A DNA stretch of 64,000 bases, from contig OZ231126.1 in the NCBI GenBank assembly GCA_965153355.1, forward strand, positions 42,594,001-42,658,000. The letters are read 5' to 3'. A program made the translations under genes and the position numbers. Origin of the DNA: Flaccisagitta enflata (taxonomy: Eukaryota). Shown in pieces: positions 1 through 14,405 of the stretch. The first letter of the stretch is position 1. Each line of letters starts with the position of its first letter. The notes below the pieces were generated by a model, which saw only the letters and a program-made list of their open reading frames with translations, was not told the origin of the DNA and made no database searches.

Positions 1-28
1 GGTCCATCTATCTACCTGTGTAAATGAA

Positions 29-393
<365 letters not shown>

Positions 394-1176
394 TGGCGAT
401 GATCGGAGATAAGGCGAGAGTGACTAGGAAATCTCTCGACACTTCCGCTCACCTTTTGCAATTAATCTCAGGCGGGAACTCTTCCTTAGACTACTTCGTG
501 CATCGACTTAACAGTCTGTGGACAAAATGATGATATCACTCTGTTTAGAATTGATAAGGCAGCTTGACGTCTGTCTGTTAGTGAAATCAGGTTCGTCGTT
601 TTTTTTTTCAGTGGATGCAAAGGAAATTGTTACGTTTTCATCATTGACCTATCATCTTGTCAATGTCTTGTATGCTTAACAGGACAGGGTACATCATTAT
701 GATTGTCAGATACAATTTGACAAATGATAAATACTGAAAAAGTGTTGGGGTTACATAACCTAAAAGCTAATCTTTGATCAATTAGGTAAAAAGTTCAATA
801 TAACCTCAATTTGTCCCCAGACTGTCGAGTTTTCCTTTGAAACTCGCGGCAGAAACGCGTTGCAAAAGCAGCAACAATGTTGTTCTCAGCATATCAACAA
901 TGTTGTTCTCAGCATATCGAACCTTCGTCGTCTTTATCTTTGTCAGACATGTTACCACGGCCGTTTTATCGCAACCATTTTCTCTCTATCTGTTTTGTTT
1001 CTCTTGTTCTTTGTTTCTTTTTTTTTCTTTCCCTCAAGGCTCAATCCATCTTTTGTTTCTTTTTTACTTTAATCATTTTCTGCAGGTTTGAAGTAAATGG
1101 GTTGAAGTGTTTCGTTTTTTATCTTCCATTAATGGATTTCCGTCATGATCACGATAAGGTTTATGTTAAAACCATA

Positions 1177-1769
1177 CCGGGTCATCAATCTGGACTGGGA
1201 AAAAGTGTTAAGCTTTTCCTCTCAGCTGCTTCTCCTCACTGATCTGGAATTTGTTTTTGTTTTTTTATAGTACTATGTTTGACGTTTTTTGTTTCAAAAT
1301 TTCATTGGTCTGACTTAAATACTTTGCCCACGACATCTATTTAAAAGAAAAACAAGTATTTTCAGATATAGCTCAATTTAGCCTTAGTTTATCAAAACTT
1401 TTTTTTTTATTTGCTCTTATATCTTACTGGATTGAGCAGCAAATGTCAGATTTGTCTCAGTTAAAGATATCTTTATAAATTTTAAAAACTATCTTTAATT
1501 TGAGACTATTTTAGCATTTGTAGCTCAATCTGATCAAAAATAAGGGAAAATAGTTCTGAGGAAATAGGGATAGATTGAGCTTCAGCCACAATTACTTGTT
1601 TCACTTCAAATTGATGTTGTGGACAACGTAATTAACACAGACCAATGAAATTTTGACACAAAAAACGTCAAACATAGTACTAAATAGGAAAATCAATTCC
1701 AGGTCATTGAGAAGAAGCAACTGAGAGTAAAAGCTTAATACTTTTTCCCAATCGAGATTGATGACCCTG
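1177..1769. mobile_element. Foldback MITE, Tc1/mariner-type (TA-flanked)
   Basis: TA-ccgggtcatcaatct... at 1175 pairs with ...agattgatgaccctg-TA at 1769-1771; imperfect inverted repeat continues to a centre at ~1480 with almost no loop. Confidence 0.8.
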
Positions 1770-2062
1770 TATTGGTTTGACGTAATCGGGATGGTGCGGT
1801 GATAGAACGGTCTGGAGTCGGGCCGTCTTTATTCGGTCGCCATTGAATACCTCCATATCCCTTGCCTCCCTTCTTTTTCTCCTAATCCTACTTTGGAACC
1901 CTGAGGTAAGCGCAATTCCCATCAATACCAACAATTTCCCTTTTGCCTGTTGCTTCTTTCCATCTAATGAGTCATCTGTGACTGTGAGAATATGAATTAT
2001 GTAGGGGTCATCTCTGCCTTCTTGTCCCTTCCTTCTTCCAAACTTTCTCCTTCTGGGTAAAT

Positions 2063-2448
2063 CCCATCAATACTTCCACATCCCCCTCTTGCTTCTTTCT
2101 TTTCTCTATTCTTGACTTGGTATGTCCCATCAATACTTTCACATCCCCCTGTTGCTTCTTTCCTTTCTCTATTCTTGACTTGGTATGTCCCATCAATACT
2201 TCCACATCCCCCTCTTGCTTCTCTCTTTTCTCTATTCTTGACTTGGTATGTCCCATCAATACTTCCACATCCCCCTGTTGCTTCTTTCTTTTCTCTATTC
2301 TTGACTTGGTATGTCCCATCAATACTTCCACATCCCCCTCTTGCTTCTTTCTTTTCTCTATTCTTGACTTGGTATGTCCCATCAATACTTCCACATCCCC
2401 CTCTTGCTTCTTTCTTTTCTCTATTCTTGACTTGGTATGTCCCATCAA
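2063..2448. repeat. 63-bp minisatellite, 6 full copies plus a partial
   Basis: cccatcaa unit starts at 2063, 2126, 2189, 2252, 2315, 2378, 2441. Confidence 0.95.
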
Positions 2449-2995
2449 GGATTGGGTCGAGGGTTTCACCTCGATAACCTATCGTGGCATTCTTCGCCGA
2501 GGCCATCTCCCAGACATCGCTTTTTCTCACCTTTTGACACTGATCCTTTGCGCCTTAATGACGCACATACGCATACGCACTTGCATAGCGTTCTATTTCT
2601 TTACAATGCCTCAATACCTTTTCATCGAGTTTTCTCTAGGAAGGACAAGCAACAAACCTAGGACATTATCATGACGGTGGCAAGTAAATCACCACCACCA
2701 TTTTTTCCCACCCAACCTCAATCACCATCATGACCAGAATCCAACGACTATTTCAGAAAATTGCAGCAAATTCTGATTAAATGGAACGTCCTTGACATAA
2801 GATTAACATGCGATAGGTTAATCATTTTCCATACTTGTGGCACCAACTCTATCAACACCAACACCATCAACACCAACACTACTACCACAACCAACAAACA
2901 CCGGTCCACCACTTGTGTTCCAACTCTCTATCTTGTACGTCATCCAACCTCATCGACCTCTCGTTGCGTCTCCGACAATTTGCTAAACTAAAAAA

Positions 2996-3064
<69 letters not shown>

Positions 3065-3070
3065 TCAAGG

Positions 3071-3212
3071 ACAAGGCCAGATACACGGCTACCCCAGTAG
3101 CGTGTGGGTGGGTACTACCGACCAACCGACCAACTGACCGACCGAACCACCGACCAACCATCTGACAAATCGACATTGCGGGGTGTGGAGTCGCGTAGCA
3201 CGCGACTAAAAA
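3071..3212 (-). mobile_element. Short Helentron/DINE-1-like non-autonomous element (family A)
   Basis: Reverse complement reads ttttagtcgcgtgctacgcgact...(ggtc)n...gccgtgtatctggccttgt, the same ends as other family A copies in the window. Confidence 0.75.
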
Positions 3213-3957
3213 TAGAGTAGATAGACAAAAAAAACAAAAGATCTATCGGCAGAGGAACGGGCAGATGAATTGAAAATTGAAAGAGACGGAGAGACAGAGA
3301 GACAGACAGACAGACAGACAATGAGCGAGTGAGCGTGGAGTGAAGGAAGATTGGGGGGGTTAAGTGGAAAAGGCAAGGGGGATGATTCTTGTAAAAAGAG
3401 GGAGAGAAAAGATGAAAAAAAATGAGCAAAACGTCCTTCAAAGGAACCCAACTGATGGGTCTCATCTCTCGGCTGACCGGGTTGATATGGACGCAATCGG
3501 CGGAACATTATCTTTCTTTTCTGGCAGCGCCTACAAACAGACGATGCTCTATAACTAACAACGCTTATTAATGACTAGCACATTCCATTCCATTCTAGCG
3601 CCCATGAACAGGCAATACTCAGTAACTAACAATCAACTAACTTACTTTCCATTTCTTCCATTTATCCCACTTAAGCATCAACATTATATTCCTTTACTTG
3701 CCCACTTTATACCCCCCCCTTCTTACTTCCTAGGGGTCCCAAGCTCACATGAATCACTCGTTGAAGTTGCGTGTACGCAACTCTACAGTCTTATCCTCCC
3801 TGTATAGAAGGGCCCGTTTGTAGTCCGTCCATCTATTCCCTTCAAAAATTTTGTTTTTATCTCTGCCTCTCCCCAACCGCGATAGGATGGGGTTGTCCTA
3901 TTTCTCACTAGAAATAAACCACAAGAAGCATTGCACCACATGATGTATATTGGTAGC

Positions 3958-4161
<204 letters not shown>

Positions 4162-4771
4162 TTTGTGTGTGCTTGTCTTTTCAAAATATCAGTTGACAAT
4201 ACGTGTAACGGATACAGAGACAAACTTAGTTTCCACTTCTCTGTTACTAGCCGGAACTGTTACGGAAGAAAGACTATTTTACAGGGCGAGTGAGGAAACG
4301 AGATGAATAAGTCTTCATTATGTGAGTGAATTACTACTAGATTACTAGGATTAGGAAGATAGAATCAATGAAATAAGTCTTTCTTATGTCAGGAAGATTG
4401 AATATTTTGTTTGATCACATGTGTGAAATGGACAACATCACTACCAAACCAAACCAAGATAAGGACAAGAGCCCTAGGAGCTCTAACATAAATAATCCTC
4501 CATATGATTGGGAGAATAAGGCCGGGTTCACAATCAATACCTGTCGCGAATGGGCTGGCAGACTGGGAAACGGGTGTCTTCCCACTTCCCATCTAATGTA
4601 TCAAGGATCGGCGAAGGAATGGACCAATAGACAGTGCCTCAAAATGGCTCAAATATAAATGCCAGTGCGAAAACTTTTAAGGGCAAAGATTTAAAAAACA
4701 TTTTCGTACGTGCTGTGTTCGTTGTGCTTCTTTCATCCACAGGCAAGAAAAAACGCGGTCATTCTACCACA

Positions 4772-4987
4772 GAAGAAGAAGAACAAGAAGAAGGAGAAGA
4801 AGCAGAAGAAGAAGAAGAAGAAGAAGAAGAAGAAGAAGAAGAAGAAGAAGAAGAAGAAGAAGAAGAAGAAGAAGAAGAAGAAGAAGAAGAAGAAGAAGAA
4901 GAAGAAGAAGAAGAAGAAGAAGAAGAAGAAGAAGAAGAAGAAGAAGAAGAAGAAGAAGAAGAAAAAGAAAAAGAAGAACAAGAAGAA
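4772..4987. repeat. (GAA)n microsatellite
   Basis: Directly visible; source of the poly-E/K/F/L ORFs. Confidence 0.97.
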
Positions 4988-6043
4988 CAGAGGAGGTTAA
5001 TGGGTTTGGGCGGGGCACCGAAACTGCGGAAAGGTCGGAACAGGAGAGCAGAACAGTTTGGTGAAAGAGACCAGAAAGGTCAAAACAAGGAGGAAAATTT
5101 CCTATACTTCGAAAAAAAGGAAAACATGACATGAGGAGAAAGAAGAGAAAGAAATTGAAATGAAAACAAGGTCGAATGCACTCCCCCCCCACCCCGTCAC
5201 GGACGGGTGGGCCGTATCAGAAAACCTTGAAAAATCGACTGACCAGCCGACCAACCGACCGACCGACCGACCGACCGACCGACCGACCACAGCAAATTAT
5301 AAAGTCACTTGTCCTTGATTAAAAAAGCATACTTCAATACCACACTCGTTGAAACCCTTTTCAATCAATTGTTGTGATGACACATTCAACTTCAACCATT
5401 CACATATACAACGCCAACCTCCCAGACTGCCAAATTGTAGAGATGACAGAAACATGACAATGTCTGATATAGGTCATGAGCGTATGTGTCATTTAGTAAC
5501 ATGATATACTAGCAAATGAGCAAACACTATTAATCGCGCAACATGTGGAGATCTGGAGGTTGATTTGTGACGAAATTGATCTCCTCTTAAACTCCAAGGG
5601 AGGGGGTGGAGGCTCAGGTTTGGTATTATCCAGTGGGTTATGAATTTTAGGGGGTGTCTTCTACCATAAAATGGTGCACATAGACAGCGAACATAAAGGA
5701 TCTAAGCACATCGAGTCAAATGCCCCCGAGCTGATCTGGAAGCTGTCTTTGTCTTTGACAATCAATAACCATTCCTTTTTTGAAAAGCGTCTATAAGATA
5801 TGCACCTCAGTTTGAAACCACTTTCAGTCCCGGCACCATTTCAAACGTTGCCTCTCACTTCTCTCGGTTTCCCAGCTTTGACTCTCCTAACGACCATGAA
5901 GGTCCCCCAAATGATTTTCCCCAACTTTTTTGGCGGAGGCGATTTTCTTTTATTGTCATTACGACTTTGACCATTTGCAAACCGGAGGAGATGAAAAACT
6001 GAAAGGGAAAGAGACAAAGAGATAGACAATGAGGGGGAAAGAC

Positions 6044-6207
<164 letters not shown>

Positions 6208-6316
6208 AATAGAGACAGACATAGAGACAGACACACAGACAGACACACAGACACACAGACAGACACACAGAACGATAGACAGACAGACACAGACAGACAG
6301 ACAGAAAGACAGACGA

Positions 6317-6369
<53 letters not shown>

Positions 6370-6384
6370 AAAAAAGACAGAAAA

Positions 6385-6447
<63 letters not shown>

Positions 6448-8150
6448 ACCAGACATTGGTAAAGACAGAGAGGAAGGAAATTGAGTGACAGAATGGGATG
6501 GAGACGGAGTCATAGTCAGAAATAAAGACTGAGAAAGGCAAATAGAAGACGGAGCCAGAGATAGTTACAGGGACAGAAGGATAGAGTGAAAGTACAGAAA
6601 GAAAGTAAAGGAGAAGGAAGAAAAATAGTGAGAAAGCGCGATCGCAGGAAGAATGCTTTTTTTGCGGAATGAGGTGGTAAGGAATAAAAAAAACGTTGAG
6701 AATCATTGGCTGGCCCCTTTTCTTCTCTCAGAGCTGCCCATTCTTCTTCCAAAATCACTTGCTGAGGTTTTTCCACGACGTCCAAGAGAACCAAAGAAAT
6801 CAACCAACTCCTTTTTTTTTCTTTTTTTTCTTTTCTGTCGTCTTCTTCTTTCTCTTTTCTTCTTTATCTTTTCTTTTTCAACCCTTTCCTAACATGCCTA
6901 AAATCTTTTTTGCTCTTTGTCCTTTTTTCTTTTCCTTACTCTTTTCTTCTATACCTTACATTACTCGTCCCATACCTAACATGCCCAAAATCGTGTTTTT
7001 CTTTCTTTTTTAACTCTCCTTCATTTCTCACCTTTTGTCCGAAGTATTGTTCATTTATGTTGCTCTTTGCGTGGTAGGACATAACCGGGCAATTTTGGAT
7101 AGAGCATTAGGCCATTTCTTGGCCTTGCTTTTGTCTCTTTTTGTTTGTTTATCATATTTCTTCGTTCATTTTTCTCTTCAAATAAGGGCTCTAGAATGTC
7201 GGAATAAAGCTGCATGGACCAATATTGAACGGGTCTATGAAAAACGCCTCTACGGCGCAAGAATCACAACGGGAACCGTACGATTTGATGAATGATCGTC
7301 CTCTTTTCCATTCTTTCTTTGTCTAATGTCTATTTCTTGTATCCACTTCATCTTGTCTTTTTCAGCCATGACAGCGCCAATGGTCGTGTCAGCTTATCAT
7401 TTATCTTTCTCAACCTCACTTTTCTCGCTTTCTGACCATCAAATAAATGTATCTTCCTAAGAAGCCAACAACAAATGGGCAGCGCCAAAACGAAGTAGCG
7501 GCCAAAGGAGTAAAAAAAAAGAATAGTACCTTTTGTGATAAAACAAAAGAGCTGTCAAGGCCGAGGAAAAACAAATATATAACATGAGCGCAAGCAAAAG
7601 AACAATCGTTGTATAAACAAACCCGAACAGGGGAAGGGAAAGAAAGGAAAGGGAAATTGTTCGCGATAGGCTGTCCGAAAACAAGTATTCCCATAGCAAA
7701 AAAGGGGGAGTGTCAGATCTCTTCCATGTGGAAAGATACACCGCTGATCAAGGTCTCAAAAGGGGATCATTAGAAGGGAAAGAAAACAAGTTCGTTTTGT
7801 CGACTGCGAAGTCGGTCGCGTTGAAAGCCAAATACATGTAAAACTTTTATGGTAAAACGCGCACATTTAATCCTCAAGTCCAAAGAGACCCCCTCTGGCC
7901 CAGAATATGACGAAAAAGAGGCACATAAATAATCTTGATATTGAACCGACCGATGGACCAACGTACCACAAAGAAACTAGTCAAGTGGCAAAAGACGATA
8001 TTGAACCAAAGGAAAGACTTTGCTATGTCGGTTCGTCCGTCCGTCCTTCCGTCCGTCCGTCCGTCCATAATATCTTTGAAACATAGTATTTTTTTCTTTT
8101 TTTAAGACTTTAGGTAATTATTAGGTATATAGGTGTGAGATACTGTTTCA

Positions 8151-8381
8151 CTGTAGTTTTGTAGCAATCTAGTACTGTACTGCCCCTGCCCAACCGTCCG
8201 CGACTTTTGCCCTGTTTTGGGCTTGTACTGTAGTTTTGTAGTAATGTAGTACTGTACTGCCCCTGCCCAACCGTCCGCGACTTTTGCCCTGTTTTGGGCT
8301 TGTACTGTAGTTTTGTAGTAATGTAGTACTGTACAACCCCTTCCCAACCGTCCGTGACGTTTGCCCTGTTTTGGGCTTGTT
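8151..8381 (+). repeat. 77-bp tandem repeat x3 built from the 3' end of a family A element
   Basis: ctgtagttttgtag at 8151, 8228, 8305; units carry gcccctgcccaaccgtccgcgact...ggcttgt. Only 2 copies in the right arm (~49758-49912). Confidence 0.85.
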
Positions 8382-8718
8382 TTAAGCAAAAGAGCAAGAT
8401 CGTTGGTGGGTGCAAAAGAGCAGCCGCATTGGGAGCAGAAACTGCAAACTGGTGTCGGAAGGAAGAGAAGCAGACTGCACTCTGGGCGCTCTAATCTCAC
8501 CTTTTGCGAAACTTTGTATGTTCCCTTTTCTGCTTTGCTTCCACTCTCTCTCTCTTTCTTTTTCTTTTTCTTTTTCTTTTTCTTTTTCATTTTTCATTTT
8601 TCATTTTTCTTGTTCTTTTTCTTTTTCTTTTTCTTTTTCTTTTTCTTTTTCTTTTTCTTTTTCTTTTTCTTTTTCTTTTTCTTTTTCAACCACAACAACA
8701 ACAACAACAACAACAACT

Positions 8719-8811
<93 letters not shown>

Positions 8812-8928
8812 TAACGACAACGACAACATAATCATGATGATAGCGACAGCGTAAGGTGTTAAGCGACTTTTATCAAGCTATCTTATGAAAGAGAAATTTA
8901 CAAAGATGTTATGAAATGGTGACAAGCT

Positions 8929-9180
8929 GGTCACGTTAGGGATTTCAATCCGTGTCTTTTGTTTTAAAGTGTTTTTATGCGGGTAGTGTTTTAGGGTTAG
9001 GGGTAGGGTTACGGTTAGAGATGGGGTGGGTTTTAGGGTTAGGGATAGGGTTGGGTTATAGATAGATTAAGGGCAAGGTGTGGACTTGGTTTTGTATGAT
9101 TTAACTCGAATGCGCTTGAATTAAAGATTTGCCCTTGCGGGAAAAAACAAGTGCACCGGTTTGAATTCTCTAAGATTACC
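8929..9180. mobile_element. 252-bp non-autonomous DNA transposon with 8-bp TSD (Merlin- or hAT-like), internal TTAGGG-like repeats
   Basis: gacaagct at 8921-8928 and 9181-9188; imperfect TIR ggtcacgttagggatttcaatccg vs ggtaatcttagagaattcaaaccg; a single copy of the target (agcttgtc, 49144-49151) in the right arm. Confidence 0.85.
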
Positions 9181-9381
9181 GACAAGCTGACGATGACGTC
9201 GATGACGAAGACGATAGACAAGACATAGTCAAGTGCCTTTCTCTTATCTATGTACCGCGGTATCCATTTCATTGCACGCGTTCAATGTTGTTTAATTGTA
9301 TCTTGCTGTCTACACAACCTCATTTGTGATTACAAACCTCTCATAGCTGACGGTAATCAGGTCATTGTTGTAAGGAGTACA

Positions 9382-9454
<73 letters not shown>

Positions 9455-10050
9455 ATGCAACGGCAACAACGACGAATGCAACGGCAGCAACGACGATAGA
9501 AACGACCACGACGACGAAAACGACAACGACGACGATGATGAAGATCATGACTACGATAACGACAAAGATTACGAGAATGGCAACGACGGCGGAAGTTTCC
9601 CTCGGCGACAGTTAAGCAGTCTCAGGTGCCCACTTTGCCAGCGATGATGGACAATGACTTCGTTGCCCCTTCCAGCGCAACGGCCGACTTTTCAACACAG
9701 TCTCCTGTCTCAGCCTCTCCATGTTAAGCTGCTGGTTGTGAAAGTGAATGATGAACTTGCCCCTTTTCAGAAAACCGTCTTTCCCTGTTGAGCTGCTGCC
9801 AACGAAAGGAAATGACGAGCTTGCGGCCCTTTCAACAAAGTCGACTGTGCCTTTCCATGTCAAGCTGCTGGTAGTCAAAGCGAAAACAAACTAATTCCTT
9901 GTACAGGAAATGGCCTTTTTCACCAGAGTCCTCCATGTTAAGCCGCCAGTTGCGAGAGTGAATGACTAACTTACACCTTTCAGTAAATGGCCCTCTAAAC
10001 GCCAACAGCCTTTTCTTCTTTTCTCCTTGTTGAGTTGCTAATATTGAAAG

Positions 10051-10725
10051 CAAATGACAAACTGGCCTGTTTTAGTGATGGACCATTTCAATTGAGTCTT
10101 CTCACAATCTCTTTCTTTGTTGAATTGCTAGTATTGAAAGTAAATGACCAACTGGCCCCCTCCAGTGATTGACCATTTCAATCGAGTCTTCTCACTATCT
10201 CTTTCTTTGTTGAGTTGCTAGTAGTGGAAGCAAATGACGAACTGGCCCCTTCCAGTGATTGACCATTTCAATTGAGTCTTCTCCCTATCTCTCTCTTTGC
10301 TAAGTTGCTAGTAGTGGAAGCAAATGACAAACTGGCCCCTTCCAGTGATTCACCATTTCAATTGAGTCTTCTCCCTATCTCTCTCTTTGCTAAGTTGCTA
10401 GTAGTGGAAGCAAATGACAAACTGGCCCCTTCCAGTGATTGACCATTTCAATCGAGTCTTCTTACTATCTCTTTCTTTGTTGAGTTGCTAGTATTGAAAG
10501 AAAATGACAAACTGGCCCCTTTCAGTGATTGACCATTTCAAATGAGCCTTCTCACTATCTCTTTCTATGTTGAGTTGCTAGCATTGAAAGCAAATGACAA
10601 ACTGGCCCCTTTCAGTAATTGACCATTTCAAATGAGCCTTCTCACTATCTCTTTCATTGTTGAGTTGCTAGCATTAAAAGCAAATGATAAACTGGCCCCT
10701 TTCTGTGATTGACCATTTCAATTGA
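10051..10725. repeat. 90-bp minisatellite, ~7.5 units (left-arm copy)
   Basis: Unit starts at 10051, 10141, 10231, 10321, 10411, 10501, 10591, 10681; degenerate related units flank it from ~9700 to ~10930. Confidence 0.95.
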
Positions 10726-11224
10726 GCTGTCTCTTTTTCCCTTTTCTAGTTGAGCTGCCACTGCTCAAAACAACTGAGAAACTTGCCCCTGCCAGTGAAC
10801 GGCTTTTTGAATAACAGAGTTTTCTCATTCCTTCTTCTTGTTCAGCTGCTGCAAGTAAAAGCTTCTTACGGCAAATAGCCTTTGTAACGTTTGTCTCTCC
10901 CTCTCCTTGTTGAGCTGCTAGTGAAAGTGTGCTGCTACCACTGACTAGTGAGTTAATACTAACACTTGCAAGGAGTGACGAACATGGCCTTGTCAGCAAA
11001 CGCCGGACTTTCATCATACGCCTTAATCTCTCTCTACCTGTATAACGGAGTGTCTCCGGCCTTGTTTGCTACTTTTATCTTTTTACCCATTTACAACTAT
11101 CTTATTTTCTTTTACGTAAAACTTTTTTGTTCCATTCTTTTCTTCTTCTTCTTCTTCTTCTTCTTCTTCTTCTTCTTCTTCTTCTTCTTCTTCTTCTTCT
11201 TCTTCTTCTTCTTTTTTCTCCTCG

Positions 11225-11255
<31 letters not shown>

Positions 11256-11313
11256 CTTCTTCTTCTTCTTCTTCTTCTTCTTCTTCTTCTTCTTCTTCTT
11301 CTTCTTTTTCTTC

Positions 11314-11813
11314 TTTTTGGGCAGCGGCCCCAAAGGGCCGATGTCCTGTAGGACACAGGGGTGAATTTCCATACGTCCGTCCGTCCTTCCGTCCTTCCGT
11401 CCCCCCCCCTAGACCATCAAGGCCTCAAATTCCTATCGGATAACATGGGAAATTGTTAAAACGCAAACTTCCCATTGAATAACATGGAAAATTTACAAAC
11501 AAGCAAAAAAAATGCATGTTTCCCATTGAATAACATGGAAAATTGATGAAAACTAAGAAAAATGTAAAATTCCTATTGAATAACATGGCAAATTGGCAAG
11601 AAATTTTAAGAAATGCAAAATTCCAATATCATGGAAAATTGCTACTAAGGCCTCAAATATGCCCTCTCAGGACGTATGGAAATTCACCCCTGTGTCCTAC
11701 AGGACATCGGCCCTTTGGAGCCGCTGCCCTGCACTCACTCCACTTCTTCAGCTAATCTCTCCAAGCAGGGCATCGGGTACCGCTGACCATGTGCGATCCT
11801 TGGATGACTTGTT
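11314..11813 (+). mobile_element. Helentron/DINE-1-like element (family B), left-arm specific
   Basis: ~60-bp subterminal IR (gggcagcggccccaaagggccgatgtcctgtaggacacagggg...) repeated inverted at ~11670-11729, then an ~85-bp tail ending gacttgtt; (gtcc)n after the 5' IR. Sits in a (TTC)n run that is uninterrupted in the right arm (~45925-46475). Confidence 0.8.
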
Positions 11814-11824
11814 TCTCTTCGTCT

Positions 11825-11856
<32 letters not shown>

Positions 11857-12539
11857 TTCTTCTTCTTCTTCTTCTTCTTCTTCTTCTTCTTCTTCTTCTT
11901 CTTCTTCTTCTTCTTCTTCTTTTTTTTCTTCTTATTTCATTATCTTTCTTTTCCTTTTTTCTTGTTTTCTTCTTTTCCTTCGCCCAAAAACTTTTTCACT
12001 TTACAGCCTGTCTCTCTTTTAAACAAGGAAAAAAGAGTTCAATCTACTCCCTCATTTCCCCCTCAAGCTAAAACTCCGTAGGCAGGGAAAAAAAAGTTGT
12101 TTACTTGGCCACGCAGACATATTTCAGCGTCAAGTTTTCAAGTTCCCTCTTCTCGTTTTCAGCATCTTCCCCGATATGTTCCTTATTCTTTTTTGTCTTA
12201 TTTCTTTTTTTCTCTTTTGGCATAACATCCAATCACCCAATGCCCCACCGGCACTTACCCCTGCTCCGACTGCTCGGCATGTCCCATCCTCATGGTTATG
12301 GAGTAAAAAAACAGTGCCAGTACCTAAGTAAATCAATATCAGTTTCCCCCCTCTCTAACCCCCCTACTCCCATCCGTGTGCTTTGTGCAATCACTCCATA
12401 CGGCCAAGAATTACATACCGTTACTTCGACCGTTACTAAAACTGCGGCCAAAGGAAAGTTCAATCAAAATCCTTCTTCCTTGCATCTCTTCAAACAAAAA
12501 TCCCCTTTCTCCCCTCTTTATTTTCAACTAACGCATCTT

Positions 12540-12965
12540 CCCCGTTCCCCGTTCCCCGTTCCCTTTTCCCCATTCCCTGCTCCCTGTTCCCTGTTCCCCA
12601 TTCCCGTTCCCCATTCCCCGTTCCCTGTTCACCGCTCCCTGTTCCCCATTACCTATTCCCTGTTCAGTGTTCCCCGTTCCCCATTCCCTGTTCCGCATTC
12701 CCCATTCCCTGTTCCCCATTCCCTGTTCTCCGTTCCCTGTTCTCCGTTCCCTGTTCCCCGTTCCCCGTTTCCCGTTTCCCGTTCCCTGTTCCCCATTCCC
12801 TGTTCCCCATTCCCTGTTCTCCGTTCCCCGTTCCCCGTTCCCCGTTTCCCGTTCCCTGTTCCCTGTTCCCCATTCCCTGTTCCCCGTTCCCCATTCCCTG
12901 TTCCCCGTTCCCTGTTCACCGTTCCCTGTTACCCGTTCCCCGTTCCCCGTTCCCCGTTCCACGTT
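12540..12965. repeat. Degenerate 7-bp (GTTCCCC/ATTCCCT) tandem repeat
   Basis: Directly visible; shorter inverted counterpart at ~45003-45328. Explains the FPVP/GNGE ORFs. Confidence 0.9.
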
Positions 12966-13333
12966 TCACGTTCCCCACCCGTCCTCCTCAACCACCAGAG
13001 CAACTTCAGCATTCTCTTATCCACTTTTACTCCTCACCACTCTGAAATATGTTTTTCACCTCCACCTTTTTTCTTTCTTTTAGCCCCTTTTTTGGGTACT
13101 TTTTCTGCTTCGTCCCAGTTTTCGCCATTGATTCATTGTTGCTTTTCAAAGTGCTGCCAAAAGAAAAATGAGAAACTGTAAGTAGTTTAAATAACGACCT
13201 CCAAAAAAGAAATAGATTAAAATAACGAGCGCTCAGGAAAAAGAATGTATGCCGTGGTGCCGTTGGTGACGAGAGAAAGGACCCTGGCACGGATTTCGGT
13301 AAGTGATTGTCAGACAAGCAGACTGACAGACTA

Positions 13334-13402
<69 letters not shown>

Positions 13403-14315
13403 TAAAAAGACAGACAAAGAGACAGAGAGAAAGACTGAAAAACAGACTGACAAACAGACAGACAGGTGGAGAATAAACAACAAGTTGTCTGCGTTCCTGA
13501 CTTCATAGAGGCGTAAGATTGTATATTAATGTGGTCCTCGGTAGTAGATTGAAAACGAAAAAAGCATTCTTGATTCCATGTTTTATGAGGAACATGGCCA
13601 GCACCTGTTAGTCGCATGCTTTCAGTCAACTCATAATCATAATTTTTCAACCATTTTTGATACTTCATAACACTGACAGACGGACTGACTGACCAGCCAA
13701 TCAACTGACCGACCAAAAAGTAGGTCTCGTGGCACGCGTAGCACGCGTAGCACACAACTAAAATCATCGTAAGATTTATCATTTCTAAGGATCAAAATTG
13801 CAAATTTGCAGGCACAGCCATGAAAAAACAAGAAGTCCAATAACAAAATGTGAAGCCATGGGATGGCATGTGAAGAAAGTATCATTAATTATACTTATTT
13901 ATAGAAGCTGTGCTGTGTGGAATCATTTTTTCCAAGCTTGATAGTAAAAACGACACCAACCGATTGACCAACCGACCAAACCGGCCATCTCTTCCTTGCC
14001 CGACCAGCCACGAACAAACACCATAAACCATAATTAACGGCAACTTTTTCTTACCTCCTTAATGTCAAAAGAAACACCACCCCCAACACCAGTCACCACC
14101 ACCGACACCACCCCCAACACCGCACCTTGGGCACCATGCACGAGTGCCGCTTCCTGTTGACTGGTTGACTAACTCACCGTCTCATTGCTAACAAAGGAAA
14201 TGGCTCTTAATGGTTTTTCCTTTTTCTACAGAATAAGAAAGAGAGAGAGAGAGGAAAGAGATGGAGAAAAGAAATGAAGGAAGAGAAAGTAGAGGAGAAA
14301 GGGCAACGGAGATTC

Positions 14316-14405
<90 letters not shown>

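Noticed and set aside
1997-2530. 177-aa ORF with a repeated GSIDGTY resembling the Harbinger transposase IDGT motif
   Set aside because: Produced by a 63-bp tandem repeat that is open in four frames; no other transposase motifs nearby.
13725-13765. Tandem GCACGCG (Hairy/HES-type) sites
   Set aside because: This is the decayed 5' end of a family A element on the minus strand.
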